Below are positions 10,944-20,129 of a stretch of 64,000 nt of DNA, in pieces. The notes beneath the pieces were generated by a model. It saw nothing but the letters and a program-made list of their open reading frames with translations. It was not told where the DNA came from and made no database searches. Made by a program: the position numbers and the translations under genes. The stretch comes from Candidatus Heimdallarchaeota archaeon (lineage in GTDB: Archaea; Asgardarchaeota; Heimdallarchaeia; Heimdallarchaeales; Heimdallarchaeaceae), in NCBI GenBank assembly GCA_030668875.1, contig DAOVER010000005.1:26597-90596 (forward strand), given 5' to 3'. Within the stretch, counting starts at the first letter, position 1. Each line of letters starts with the position of its first letter.

Positions 10944-11495
10944 ATGAACCCACATGTTGAAGTGAAATTTAGAGATTATGATATCTATAAACTAGTTATT
11001 TGTGGTCCCGGTAAATCAGGTAAAACATCTATTTGTAAAAGATTAACTCAGAATACTTTTCAAAAGAAGTATCAACCAACTTGTGGGGCTGAATTTCACA
11101 GTTATTCATTCAAAACATCTAAAGGTAAAGCAGTGGCTCTTTTCTACGATATGGCAGGACAAAAGCGTTTTGGTGTTGTAAGGAATCTTCTCTATTCAGG
11201 TACTAATGCTGCAGCAATTGTTTTTGACATATCAAACAAAGAATCCTTTCGAGAATGTGCAAAATGGATCAGAGAACTAAGAACTCAAAACAAAGAATTA
11301 GACATCACTATTGTAGGGAATAAAACAGATTCTACGCGAGATGTTGAGAAAATTGATGCTGAGAGAATTAGTCGCAGACTTGGTTGTAGATACGTTGAAA
11401 CTTCAGCTTTAACCGGCGATGGTATAGGAGATTTAGTTAAAACTTTGGTAAGTTCTGCTATTATTAGTTCTAATAAGAAATTTGTAGGGAGATAA
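10944..11495 (+). CDS. Ras/Rab-like small GTPase
   Basis: G1 GPGKSGKT, G3 DMAGQ, G4 GNKTD and G5 ETSAL motifs. Confidence 0.8.
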   Translation: MNPHVEVKFRDYDIYKLVICGPGKSGKTSICKRLTQNTFQKKYQPTCGAEFHSYSFKTSKGKAVALFYDMAGQKRFGVVRNLLYSGTNAAAIVFDISNKESFRECAKWIRELRTQNKELDITIVGNKTDSTRDVEKIDAERISRRLGCRYVETSALTGDGIGDLVKTLVSSAIISSNKKFVGR

Positions 11496-11575
11496 TATCT
11501 GACAATTTTCTTCAACACACCGATTATTTTTCACAAAGAAGCGAAATATTTTTCAAAGTTCAAAGTATTTGTAAG

Positions 11576-12007
11576 TTGATGAGTAGTAAAAGTAAACTAA
11601 CCTCCAATATTCGAATATATATCATTCAGTATGCTATATTTATCTTTGGTGGCATACTTGCAATCGCGGGAATATATATGATTAATCTTGAGGGATTAGC
11701 AGCTGCAGGATTTATTCTCCTGAGCTTAGGTTCCGTTTTTATTGTTTTATCTTATATATATGCGAGGTATGGTGCTAGGGTAATTGGTACAAATTGTCCT
11801 TTCTGCTATGGAGTAGGTTATACTGATAAAGGAAAAATGGGAGCAAAAGAACTCTGCCCTGTCTGTGAAGGATCAGGAAAAATGTATTCCAAATCTCAAC
11901 AACATCTCATGGAAGAACAAAGGAGAAAAGAAATAACGAAAAGTGAAACTTCACGCAGAGTAGAACTTACTGAAGAAGAACGTGATGAAAATTCCAAAAA
12001 CCAATAG
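11576..12007 (+). CDS. membrane protein with C-terminal DnaJ-type CxxCxGxG zinc finger
   Basis: Two N-terminal TM helices, then CPFCYGVGY...CPVCEGSG. Confidence 0.45.
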   Translation: MMSSKSKLTSNIRIYIIQYAIFIFGGILAIAGIYMINLEGLAAAGFILLSLGSVFIVLSYIYARYGARVIGTNCPFCYGVGYTDKGKMGAKELCPVCEGSGKMYSKSQQHLMEEQRRKEITKSETSRRVELTEEERDENSKNQ

Positions 12008-12105
12008 AAATTGATCGAAGATATAAAAACACTTGAAAAAATTGAGTGTGAACCTAACTCTGTGAAAACTCTTAAGAACATTGAAAATCATATAGAATCA
12101 ACTAT

Positions 12106-12612
12106 ATGACTTCTTTAACTGTAATATATGGTGATGGAAGAGGAAAAACTAGTTCTGCTATTGGTTACTTATATCGCAAAATTACTGAAGAAAAAAACAT
12201 AATTGTTGCTCAATTTTTGAAAACTGGAAAAAATTGTGGTGAATGCAATTTCTTTGAGTCTTTTCCTAACGTCATGTGGTTTTGTTTTGGAAAAAAAGAA
12301 TTTTATCATGAAAAGAATAAAAAAGAATTTCAGGAAATTATAGAAGTTGGTTTTCAACAATTAAAAGAAACAGTAAATCATGGAAAGGTTGATATCTTAA
12401 TTCTAGATGAAGTTGGTATTGCTTTATTCTTTGATTTAATAGATTGGAGAGAGATAGAATGCCTCTTTCAATTCGTGAAGGAGGAAGTTATAATCACAGG
12501 CAGAAAAATCCCCGATATTGCTCTTCGAGATGCTAGCACTTCCATATATATAAAAGAAATAAAACATCCTTACAAAGCTGGGATTCAAGCAAGAAAAGGT
12601 ATCGACTATTAA
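12106..12612 (+). CDS. ATP:cob(I)alamin adenosyltransferase (CobO/CobA/BtuR family)
   Basis: P-loop GDGRGKTSSAIG ... VAQFLK, characteristic of the family. Confidence 0.6.
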   Translation: MTSLTVIYGDGRGKTSSAIGYLYRKITEEKNIIVAQFLKTGKNCGECNFFESFPNVMWFCFGKKEFYHEKNKKEFQEIIEVGFQQLKETVNHGKVDILILDEVGIALFFDLIDWREIECLFQFVKEEVIITGRKIPDIALRDASTSIYIKEIKHPYKAGIQARKGIDY

Positions 12613-12794
12613 TTGTAATAACTAACAAGAATTATACAATTATCACTCATCACCTTAATAAAGAACAAGGCTAGATTTCAGTTGAATTACTTTTGAAGAA
12701 GGGTCTCCCTACGAAGAAGTTAAATTGACTTAGAGTATAGCTTAAACTGAGTATTGTCTTTATATACTCTAACCTCTTCGGTCAAGTAGCAAAG

Positions 12795-14111
12795 GTGTAT
12801 AGTATGAGCAAAAATAAGCAGGAGAAGACGGTTGAGCCTGAAATAAAGGAAGTTGAGGAACAATATGAAGAGCTCCTTATAGAAGAAGCTAGAAAAGAGA
12901 TGGTTGAATCAGATGAGATAGTCTCAATTTTAGAAATAAAGGATGTTCCTGGTTTAGGCAAAAAAAGTCAAGATGTCTTAGCTGATAATAATATATTAAC
13001 GATTGATCAATTGATGACAACAAGATTAATTGAATTGCAAGCAATGGGATTACAACGTGCTACGATCAAAAAAGCCCGTGCTGTAATCTCCAAATCAGTT
13101 GCAAAATACAAATATTTTAAGGAAGAATTGGGACTCGAGGATCTTCCAGGAGTTGGAAAATCAACTGCGGACATGTTACGCGAAAAGGGTTTGAATGTCT
13201 ACCTTCTTGAAACAACTCCTATTCGTGAACTAGAAGATAAGTATGGAATTACAGAAACTGCTTCAAAGAAGTATAAGGAAGGGTTAAGCGAGTTAAGAGG
13301 AGGGATTGACTTTGTTAGTGCTTTTGAAATAATGGAAAAACAAACGGACGCTCCCTCTTTCACCTATGGAATAAAGGCTTTAGATGCATTAACTACCATT
13401 GAGGAACTTGATGTATCGGGTGTGAGGCTAGGAGAAACATTAGAACTTTTTGGCCCGTTTAGATCTGGCAAATCACAGATCTGCCATCAACTTTGTGTAA
13501 CAGTACAATTGCCAACTGAATTAGGGGGGGTAGGAAAGAAAGCAGTTTTTATTGATACTGAAGGAACTTTCTCACCTAGTAGAATTAAGGCTGTTCATGC
13601 TAGATTACAGAGTGAACTCGGTTGGGAAAAGAGCTTTGAAGATGTCCTTAAGGACATAACTTATGCAAGAGCTTACAACTCAGACCATCAAATGAGTTTA
13701 GTAGAAAGACTACTTGAATTGTTCTACAATCATAAGGATGAGTATGGTTTTGTAGCTGTAGATTCAGCAACCGCACATTTCAGAGCTGAATATGCAGGCA
13801 GAGGAACGTTAGCTGAAAGACAACAAACAATCAATCATCATTTAGGCATATTAGGTAGACTAGCTGACACATACACTGTTGCTGTTGCAATAACGAATCA
13901 AGTTCAGTCAAATCCTGCAGCCTTCTTCGGTGATCCGACACAAGCTATTGGCGGGAATATTTTAGGTCATTGGGCAGTAACAAGATTTTATTTGAGAAAA
14001 TCAAAAGGTGAAAAACGAATAATAAGAATATATGATTCGCCGTATTTACCTGAATCAGAAGCAGTTTTCGCAATTACTCCAGAAGGCTGCATCGATGTAG
14101 AAGGCGGTTAA
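12795..14111 (+). CDS. radA: DNA repair and recombination protein RadA (duplicated N-terminal HhH region); likely true start is ATG at 12804
   Basis: Walker A GPFRSGKSQ within the RecA core, preceded by two HhH-like segments. Confidence 0.9.
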   Translation: MYSMSKNKQEKTVEPEIKEVEEQYEELLIEEARKEMVESDEIVSILEIKDVPGLGKKSQDVLADNNILTIDQLMTTRLIELQAMGLQRATIKKARAVISKSVAKYKYFKEELGLEDLPGVGKSTADMLREKGLNVYLLETTPIRELEDKYGITETASKKYKEGLSELRGGIDFVSAFEIMEKQTDAPSFTYGIKALDALTTIEELDVSGVRLGETLELFGPFRSGKSQICHQLCVTVQLPTELGGVGKKAVFIDTEGTFSPSRIKAVHARLQSELGWEKSFEDVLKDITYARAYNSDHQMSLVERLLELFYNHKDEYGFVAVDSATAHFRAEYAGRGTLAERQQTINHHLGILGRLADTYTVAVAITNQVQSNPAAFFGDPTQAIGGNILGHWAVTRFYLRKSKGEKRIIRIYDSPYLPESEAVFAITPEGCIDVEGG

Positions 14112-14117
14112 CTTTTT

Positions 14118-14768
14118 TTATTGAGTGTTGCCACAATTACCACAAAACTTCCAATTGATATTAATTGTTGAACCGCAATTCGGACACTTACCGAGATATT
14201 TACGAGGAATAGAGGTAAGATTCATTTTAGAGGGACCATATTTTGTTAAAGGAGACACACCTATCATTTCAGTTGGTTCGGAGACATAATCCTGTAATAC
14301 ATCTAAATCACTTCCTTCGGATGAAGAAACATCATTAAAGTGATACGATTTATGTGGGGGAGATTGTGATATGGAACTACCAAATAAGTTCGTTATATCG
14401 ATGTCGTCATTATCAATATCAACTCTCTCTACATATGCTTTGTTCGGTTCAGGTTGAAAATTAACTGAAAGTTGGTTTAAAGCATCAAACTGTGTCTCCA
14501 GAGTCGAGGGTGATGTGTTTGATTCAATCTCACAAGCAGGATTAGAATGGAGTTTATCGTAAATTTTACAATAGGCTGACATTGAACAAGTTTTTTCCCC
14601 AACTTTAATATTTGGAGACTGGTCAATAAATGATCTTCCAATCAATAGTGTACCATTAAGAGAATGAACTTTAAGACCTTGTTCAATAAGAGCTCGAAGG
14701 ATGTCCTTTGGATCGAATTTCAATCCATTGATCTCAACAATCCCCTTAACTTCATTAAGATTCATCAT
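14118..14768 (-). CDS. hypothetical protein with C-terminal double zinc ribbon
   Basis: CPNCGS...CGNCG at the C-terminus. Confidence 0.35.
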   Translation of the reverse strand: MMNLNEVKGIVEINGLKFDPKDILRALIEQGLKVHSLNGTLLIGRSFIDQSPNIKVGEKTCSMSAYCKIYDKLHSNPACEIESNTSPSTLETQFDALNQLSVNFQPEPNKAYVERVDIDNDDIDITNLFGSSISQSPPHKSYHFNDVSSSEGSDLDVLQDYVSEPTEMIGVSPLTKYGPSKMNLTSIPRKYLGKCPNCGSTININWKFCGNCGNTQ

Positions 14769-14854
14769 TTATCAAGATGACATTAACTTTGATAGGTTAA
14801 AAAATAAGTATCATATCAATATGGATGAGGGTATTACTTTTATATTTTTCAAAC

Positions 14855-15538
14855 TTATTGATATTTTAAGTGAATAGCTTTGGTAACCCTCTCTAACCAA
14901 TCATCTAATTTAGAAATAAGCTCGCTGTGAATATCTGGTAGAAGAATGTCCCCTTCTGGCATTTTTCCAACTCTCTTAACCCAAGAATTGAGTTCATAAA
15001 GCATTGGAGACATGCCCACTTGAGTTTCTACTTCAGCTCTTAAATCTTCAAGCATCTTTCCAATGTTACCACAACTAGATTGTGGGGTTATCATTTGACT
15101 TATATGTTTGAATTTACTTGAGACAGCATTAAAAGCTGCATCGGCTCCATTTGATGCATCAAATGAAGGATCCTTCTCTTCAAGAGCTGGTGAAACATAT
15201 TCTTCCTTAGGTTTTTCAGGCTCTTTAACCTCCGCAGGAGCAGCATATTCTTTTTTCTTTCCTGACTTCTTTGCTGGAGCAGCAACTACTGAGTTTGATA
15301 ATCCATCTATTTTTGAAGCTAAATCGGCGATCATACCTTTCATATTTGGAATATCACCTACTTTTAGACCAACTTCAGAAACCTGTGATTCGACATTTGA
15401 AAAACCGATCATCTTTGTATCTAATTGAGTGATCTGGGTCGACAATTTAGTAATGGCTTCATTCACATTTTGAACTAAGTTAGACAATTTATTTATTGAG
15501 TTGATTAGTTGAACTAACATTTCCTCTGGATTACTCAT
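14855..15538 (-). CDS. hypothetical coiled-coil protein
   Basis: 227-aa ORF with an N-terminal heptad-like region. Confidence 0.35.
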   Translation of the reverse strand: MSNPEEMLVQLINSINKLSNLVQNVNEAITKLSTQITQLDTKMIGFSNVESQVSEVGLKVGDIPNMKGMIADLASKIDGLSNSVVAAPAKKSGKKKEYAAPAEVKEPEKPKEEYVSPALEEKDPSFDASNGADAAFNAVSSKFKHISQMITPQSSCGNIGKMLEDLRAEVETQVGMSPMLYELNSWVKRVGKMPEGDILLPDIHSELISKLDDWLERVTKAIHLKYQ

Positions 15539-15690
15539 ATAATCTCACAGTTGTAAAGAATACATCGAATTTAAAAAGAGTTTTGGAAGAGGTTATCAAT
15601 TTTCATAATAGAAACTATATAAAACATTCTAAGTCACTAGAGCATTAGTAATGTTAATAAATCTAACTCGCTTTTCTTAAATGACAGCTA

Positions 15691-15855
15691 ATGAGTGAAA
15701 GAGACATTGTCGAATTACTAGTAAGGTGGCGTTCGCTAGCAATGATGCTTGAAAGAGAGGAATTCAAAAGAATAGCAGGGGATCAAAAGGGTCTAATTGC
15801 AGCCGTTCTTATGATATTACTAGAGATGCAACAAAACTCGTCTGGAGGATACTAA
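15691..15855 (+). CDS. small ORF (54 aa) ending ...SSGGY, 43 nt upstream of the E2 gene; below the ORF-track cutoff
   Basis: ATG at 15691, stop TAA at 15853, translation worked out by hand. Coding status uncertain. Confidence 0.2.
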   Translation: MSERDIVELLVRWRSLAMMLEREEFKRIAGDQKGLIAAVLMILLEMQQNSSGGY

Positions 15856-15898
15856 ACTTAATCTCAATTAGTCAAATCTAAAGGAAGGATTTGAACAA

Positions 15899-16366
15899 AT
15901 GTTAGCAGAAGAAGAGTTCTGGCCAAGGATAGCAATTGAAGCTAATGAATTGAAAAAAGAGCTTCCAACATTTAAACCAGTGGACAATAATACTTTGTTT
16001 TGGAGAGGATTCATTTTTGGAGCTGGGTTATATGAAGAAGGAGTATTTGTTCTTGAAATTGAAATTCCCAGAGAATATCCCTTCAAACCACCAAAAGTCA
16101 AAATGTTAACAAAAGTATTCCACGCAAATGTTTTCGATACAAGAATATGCGTAGGAGTATTAGGAGTAGATTGGACACCTGCTAATAACCTAGTAGATGT
16201 AATTGAATCAATAAGGTTCATACTTAGCAATCCAAATCCAGATGATCCTTTGAACTCTACGGCTGCTAATTTGATGAAACGTGATCCAAAGGAATATTCC
16301 CGCAAAGTAAGAGAATATGTTGAGAAGTATGCTACTTTTGAGCAGATAGGCAAATATTCGTTGTAG
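15899..16366 (+). CDS. ubiquitin-conjugating enzyme E2 (UBC fold)
   Basis: Full UBC pattern: YPFKPPKVKM, HANV...RICVGVL...WTPA, NPNPDDPLN. Confidence 0.85.
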   Translation: MLAEEEFWPRIAIEANELKKELPTFKPVDNNTLFWRGFIFGAGLYEEGVFVLEIEIPREYPFKPPKVKMLTKVFHANVFDTRICVGVLGVDWTPANNLVDVIESIRFILSNPNPDDPLNSTAANLMKRDPKEYSRKVREYVEKYATFEQIGKYSL

Positions 16367-16432
16367 AAAAGTGTTTATGCTAAAATATCAACAGAGGGAA
16401 TTTTTATTTATCTACAGGCTTAAGATAAATTA

Positions 16433-17242
16433 ATGCCACCAGGTTATATTCAAGAAATATTCTCCAGTTTTCAAGGTGAAGGAGCTTCTATTGAAGGAAG
16501 TTGCTATGGTTTAAGACAAATTTTCGTTCGGTTTTCAGGATGTCCTCTTGCTCTAGGAGTACATGGAACCAAAGGATGCATTTGGTGTGATTCTCCCAAA
16601 GCTAAAATAGCAAAACAAGAAACATGTTACATTGAAACAGATGCGGGAAATCAAGAATTTAGAGAAGAGAAAAATCCAATAAGCCCAGAAAACATCATAA
16701 AAATTATTCAGAACTTGACAACCAAAGACTTACACACCATTAGTTTGACAGGAGGAGAACCACTTTATCAACCTCAATTTCTTGAAGAGCTTCTCAATCA
16801 ACTCAAAACTGAAAGTTATAAAATATTCCTGGAAACAGCTTTCACTGATGATTTCAAGTTTCTTGAAAAAATTGCAAGTAAGATAGATTATGCTTGCGTA
16901 GATTTAAAGGATAGAACTGCAGGTGCATCAACCAATTGGGAACAGCTCATTGAGGAGGAAAGCAAAATGGTGAAAATTTTGAAAAATGCTGGGACTAAGG
17001 TTTTTGCAAAAACTGTAATAACTAAATCCTCAAAAAAAGAAGATTTTGAAGTAATCACAAAGAAATGCTCAGAAAATGATGTTCCAATTGTAATCCAGAT
17101 TGTAACGCCCATTAGGGGAACAAAAATATTACAACCAACGTGGAATCAAATCAAAGAATTCTCTGAATTAGCCGGAAAATATTTACCTCCCGAAAAGATT
17201 GGTATTTCTGTCCAGATGCACAAAAGTATAAACATACTATAG
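16433..17242 (+). CDS. queE: 7-carboxy-7-deazaguanine synthase QueE (radical SAM)
   Basis: IQEIFSSFQGEG start and a Cx11CxxC cluster as in non-canonical QueE. Confidence 0.7.
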   Translation: MPPGYIQEIFSSFQGEGASIEGSCYGLRQIFVRFSGCPLALGVHGTKGCIWCDSPKAKIAKQETCYIETDAGNQEFREEKNPISPENIIKIIQNLTTKDLHTISLTGGEPLYQPQFLEELLNQLKTESYKIFLETAFTDDFKFLEKIASKIDYACVDLKDRTAGASTNWEQLIEEESKMVKILKNAGTKVFAKTVITKSSKKEDFEVITKKCSENDVPIVIQIVTPIRGTKILQPTWNQIKEFSELAGKYLPPEKIGISVQMHKSINIL

Positions 17243-17254
17243 AGGCCCATAAAA

Positions 17255-18226
17255 ATGAAAGTTAAAAATGACAAACTATCTGATGTTCAATCCGATCCAT
17301 CAAGGATACAAATAGGAATTCGAAGAGTAGGAATCAGCGATATTCCTAAAATTATAAGACGAAAAAGATTCGGAGTATATAATGAATTATCAGCTAAAAT
17401 AGATGTTTATGTGGATCTTTTGCCCTCAAAAAGAGGTATTCACATGTCAAGGAATATTGAAGCAATAAATGAAGTTATTGCAACACTTACTGGAGAAGTA
17501 ATAACAGATTGTGAAGAGCTCTGTGCAAAAATTGCTGAGAAGGTAATTACAATTCAACCTGGAGCACGTTATGCAGAAGTTAGTTTAATAGCGGATTATG
17601 AGATGGAAACATTTTCAAATGCTATTTCTAGGAAAAAATCCAGCGTTCACAAGCTACGTGCTGGTGCATATGCCAAAAAAAAGGAGAATAAAATTACAAT
17701 AACAAAAGTTATTGGTGCAGAAGTTGAAGGTACAACTGTATGTCCATGCTCACAAGAACTTTCAAGAGATATATCTAAAGAGAGATTATTAAAAGAAGGA
17801 TTTTCCGAAGAACAAATCAAGAAAGTTATTGAAAATGTTCCAATGGCAGCTCATAATCAACGATCAAAATCTATACTTTTGTTCGAGCAACCTAGAGATG
17901 CAAAAAGAATAGAACTTGAAGATATCATTGAAATACTTGAAACATCAATGAGCGCTCCAATCCATGAAGTATTGAAAAGGAGAGATGAACTCGCAGTAGT
18001 ACTGTACGCCCATCAACATCCAGTTTTTGTTGAAGATGTTGTTCGAATCATATTGCGTAAAGTAAGTAAAAAATTTGTAAAGCAACCCCAAAATACTATT
18101 GTATCAGTAAAGCAGATAAATTATGAAAGCATACATCAACATAATGCAGTTGCTGAGGTTAAAACAACACTTGAAAGCCTAGATAAGCAATTAAACGGAT
18201 ATGAAAAGAATGAAAATACAGAATAA
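17255..18226 (+). CDS. GTP cyclohydrolase FolE2/MptA family
   Basis: Family pattern VGISDIP...LPSKRGIHMSR, in a que-gene context. Confidence 0.7.
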   Translation: MKVKNDKLSDVQSDPSRIQIGIRRVGISDIPKIIRRKRFGVYNELSAKIDVYVDLLPSKRGIHMSRNIEAINEVIATLTGEVITDCEELCAKIAEKVITIQPGARYAEVSLIADYEMETFSNAISRKKSSVHKLRAGAYAKKKENKITITKVIGAEVEGTTVCPCSQELSRDISKERLLKEGFSEEQIKKVIENVPMAAHNQRSKSILLFEQPRDAKRIELEDIIEILETSMSAPIHEVLKRRDELAVVLYAHQHPVFVEDVVRIILRKVSKKFVKQPQNTIVSVKQINYESIHQHNAVAEVKTTLESLDKQLNGYEKNENTE

Positions 18227-18830
18227 AGGCAATTATTCTATTATAATTGAAGACTTGAAAAAATCAACAACTTATGATGGATCTCAGCTTTCAAGTCAGT
18301 TTACATCACAAAATTACAATGTAATAGGAAACTCAATCCTGGTTTTCAGAGGAGGGATGAAATTATCTCCAAAAGAGATGGTAGATATAAAAGATATTCA
18401 AAGAGAATCACACTTGAGTGATATTTTAATTAGTTCAGATGACAGTATACACTTTATCATAGAAGAATTTGACATTCAACCTCCAAACATGGAAATTGAA
18501 TATTATAGATTAAGAGTACTTACACAGCTAGTTATAGAATTTCTAAGGTCTAGAGGGATATCAACAACAAGAAAAGGTACAGACATATACATTCATGATA
18601 GGAAACTAAATGTAGGAATTGCAAGTATTAGTGTATCTAGTAGCAAAATACACTTTGGAATAAATCTGAGTTGTACAGGTTTTCCACAACATGTTAAAGC
18701 AACTTGTTTATTTGATTTGGACGTAAAAGAAGAGGAAATAGAAGGAATTGTTGTTCAAATAATAGAGAGATATGTGGAGGAAATACAACGAATAAAGGAA
18801 GATGTTGCAAAAACACGTTACATACATTAG
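18201..18830 (+). CDS. BPL/LplA/LipB-fold protein (LipB-like octanoyltransferase?) embedded in the que cluster
   Basis: RGG and DRKLNVGIAS...HFGINLSC resemble the LipB RGG / RKIAAIG / HGLALN motifs. Size of 209 aa fits LipB. Confidence 0.3.
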   Translation: MKRMKIQNKGNYSIIIEDLKKSTTYDGSQLSSQFTSQNYNVIGNSILVFRGGMKLSPKEMVDIKDIQRESHLSDILISSDDSIHFIIEEFDIQPPNMEIEYYRLRVLTQLVIEFLRSRGISTTRKGTDIYIHDRKLNVGIASISVSSSKIHFGINLSCTGFPQHVKATCLFDLDVKEEEIEGIVVQIIERYVEEIQRIKEDVAKTRYIH

Positions 18831-18838
18831 GTGATTAA

Positions 18839-19294
18839 ATGAAATTGAGGATTTCTGGAGACAAACTTACAATCGCGTGTGCCCATATGCTTTCGAAACA
18901 CGATAAATGCGCTCGTGTGCATGGTCACAATTATCAAATTGAAGTTGAAATAGAAGGAGAGATTAATGAGAGTAATATGATTATTGATTTTGGCCTCTTC
19001 AAAAAAGGTGTGAGCGAGATCCTTAAAGAATTGGATCATAAAACTTTACTACCGGAAAATAGCAAAGATTTTAACATTAAAACTAACAAAAAAGAAGTAA
19101 TAATTTCAACATGTGATGATAAAAGATATAGATTCCCTAGAGAAGATGTCAAGTTACTACCAATAGAAGCAACTACTGCTGAACTTATGTCCGTGTATTT
19201 TCATGATTTAATCAAAAAACAATTTCCAGAATTTAAAATCACAGTAATTATGTCGGAAACTCCTACGAGTAAGGTCATCTATACAGGTGATTGA
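18839..19294 (+). CDS. queD: 6-carboxy-5,6,7,8-tetrahydropterin synthase QueD
   Basis: CAHML...HGHNY motif. Confidence 0.75.
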   Translation: MKLRISGDKLTIACAHMLSKHDKCARVHGHNYQIEVEIEGEINESNMIIDFGLFKKGVSEILKELDHKTLLPENSKDFNIKTNKKEVIISTCDDKRYRFPREDVKLLPIEATTAELMSVYFHDLIKKQFPEFKITVIMSETPTSKVIYTGD

Positions 19295-19316
19295 TTTTCG
19301 ATAATACGAAAATAAT

Positions 19317-20075
19317 ATGTTGAACCTACATGTCATTAAGCGAAGAGGATTAAAAATGGTTATAGCAATAATATTATTCTCTGGAGGATTAGATTCTTCT
19401 GCCTGTCTTTATTGGGCTATTGAACGATATGATAGGATAATACTATTAAGTTTCAAATATGGTAGCAAAGAAGATGAAGTTATCAAAAGATTAAATCTGA
19501 AATTTGCAAATTTTTACAATTTGGAAAGCAAAATTATCTCTCTAGATTTCCTTGAAGAACTCTCCTTAAAAAGAGGTTCAAAACTCGCATCGGTTGAATC
19601 GGAACCTCCTGAATTTTCTAGTTTTAAGCAACTTGATGAGAGTAAATTGACAAAAGAGACAGCAAATCAAGTATGGGTTCCAGCAAGAAACATACTATTC
19701 ATATCCGCAGCTTCAGCTGTTGCGGATAGTTACAAGGAACCGGTTCATATCTTATTTGGTGCAAACAAAGAAGAAGCAACAACATTTCCAGATAATACTC
19801 CTGAGTTTGTAGAACGGATGAATGGTGCTATTAGTTTAGGTTGCTTAAACGAGGTTTCTGTTCTCGCACCTTTCAATACACAAATTAAAAGTGAGATCAT
19901 TGAATTTTTGATTGAAAAGAAGGCAAAATTTGAGTATATGTCTTCTTGTTATCAGGTCAAAGAATGGACAAAGGAAGGATATCCGATCCATTGTGGAATT
20001 TGTGAGTCATGCCAAAGAAAAAAGAGAGCTTTTCAAGAATCGGGGGTTTCGGATCCAACATTTTATAAGAAATAA
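19317..20075 (+). CDS. queC: 7-cyano-7-deazaguanine synthase QueC
   Basis: PP-loop SGGLDS and a C-terminal Cx..CxxC zinc site. Confidence 0.8.
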   Translation: MLNLHVIKRRGLKMVIAIILFSGGLDSSACLYWAIERYDRIILLSFKYGSKEDEVIKRLNLKFANFYNLESKIISLDFLEELSLKRGSKLASVESEPPEFSSFKQLDESKLTKETANQVWVPARNILFISAASAVADSYKEPVHILFGANKEEATTFPDNTPEFVERMNGAISLGCLNEVSVLAPFNTQIKSEIIEFLIEKKAKFEYMSSCYQVKEWTKEGYPIHCGICESCQRKKRAFQESGVSDPTFYKK

Positions 20076-20129
20076 GGTAATTTGAAAGCAAATAGTTTTT
20101 ATTTGTAGTTCACCTTCGTATACAATGGG

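Noticed and set aside
15868-16353. 161-aa ORF antisense to the E2 gene
   Set aside because: The E2 reading frame has an unambiguous UBC motif set; the antisense ORF has none.
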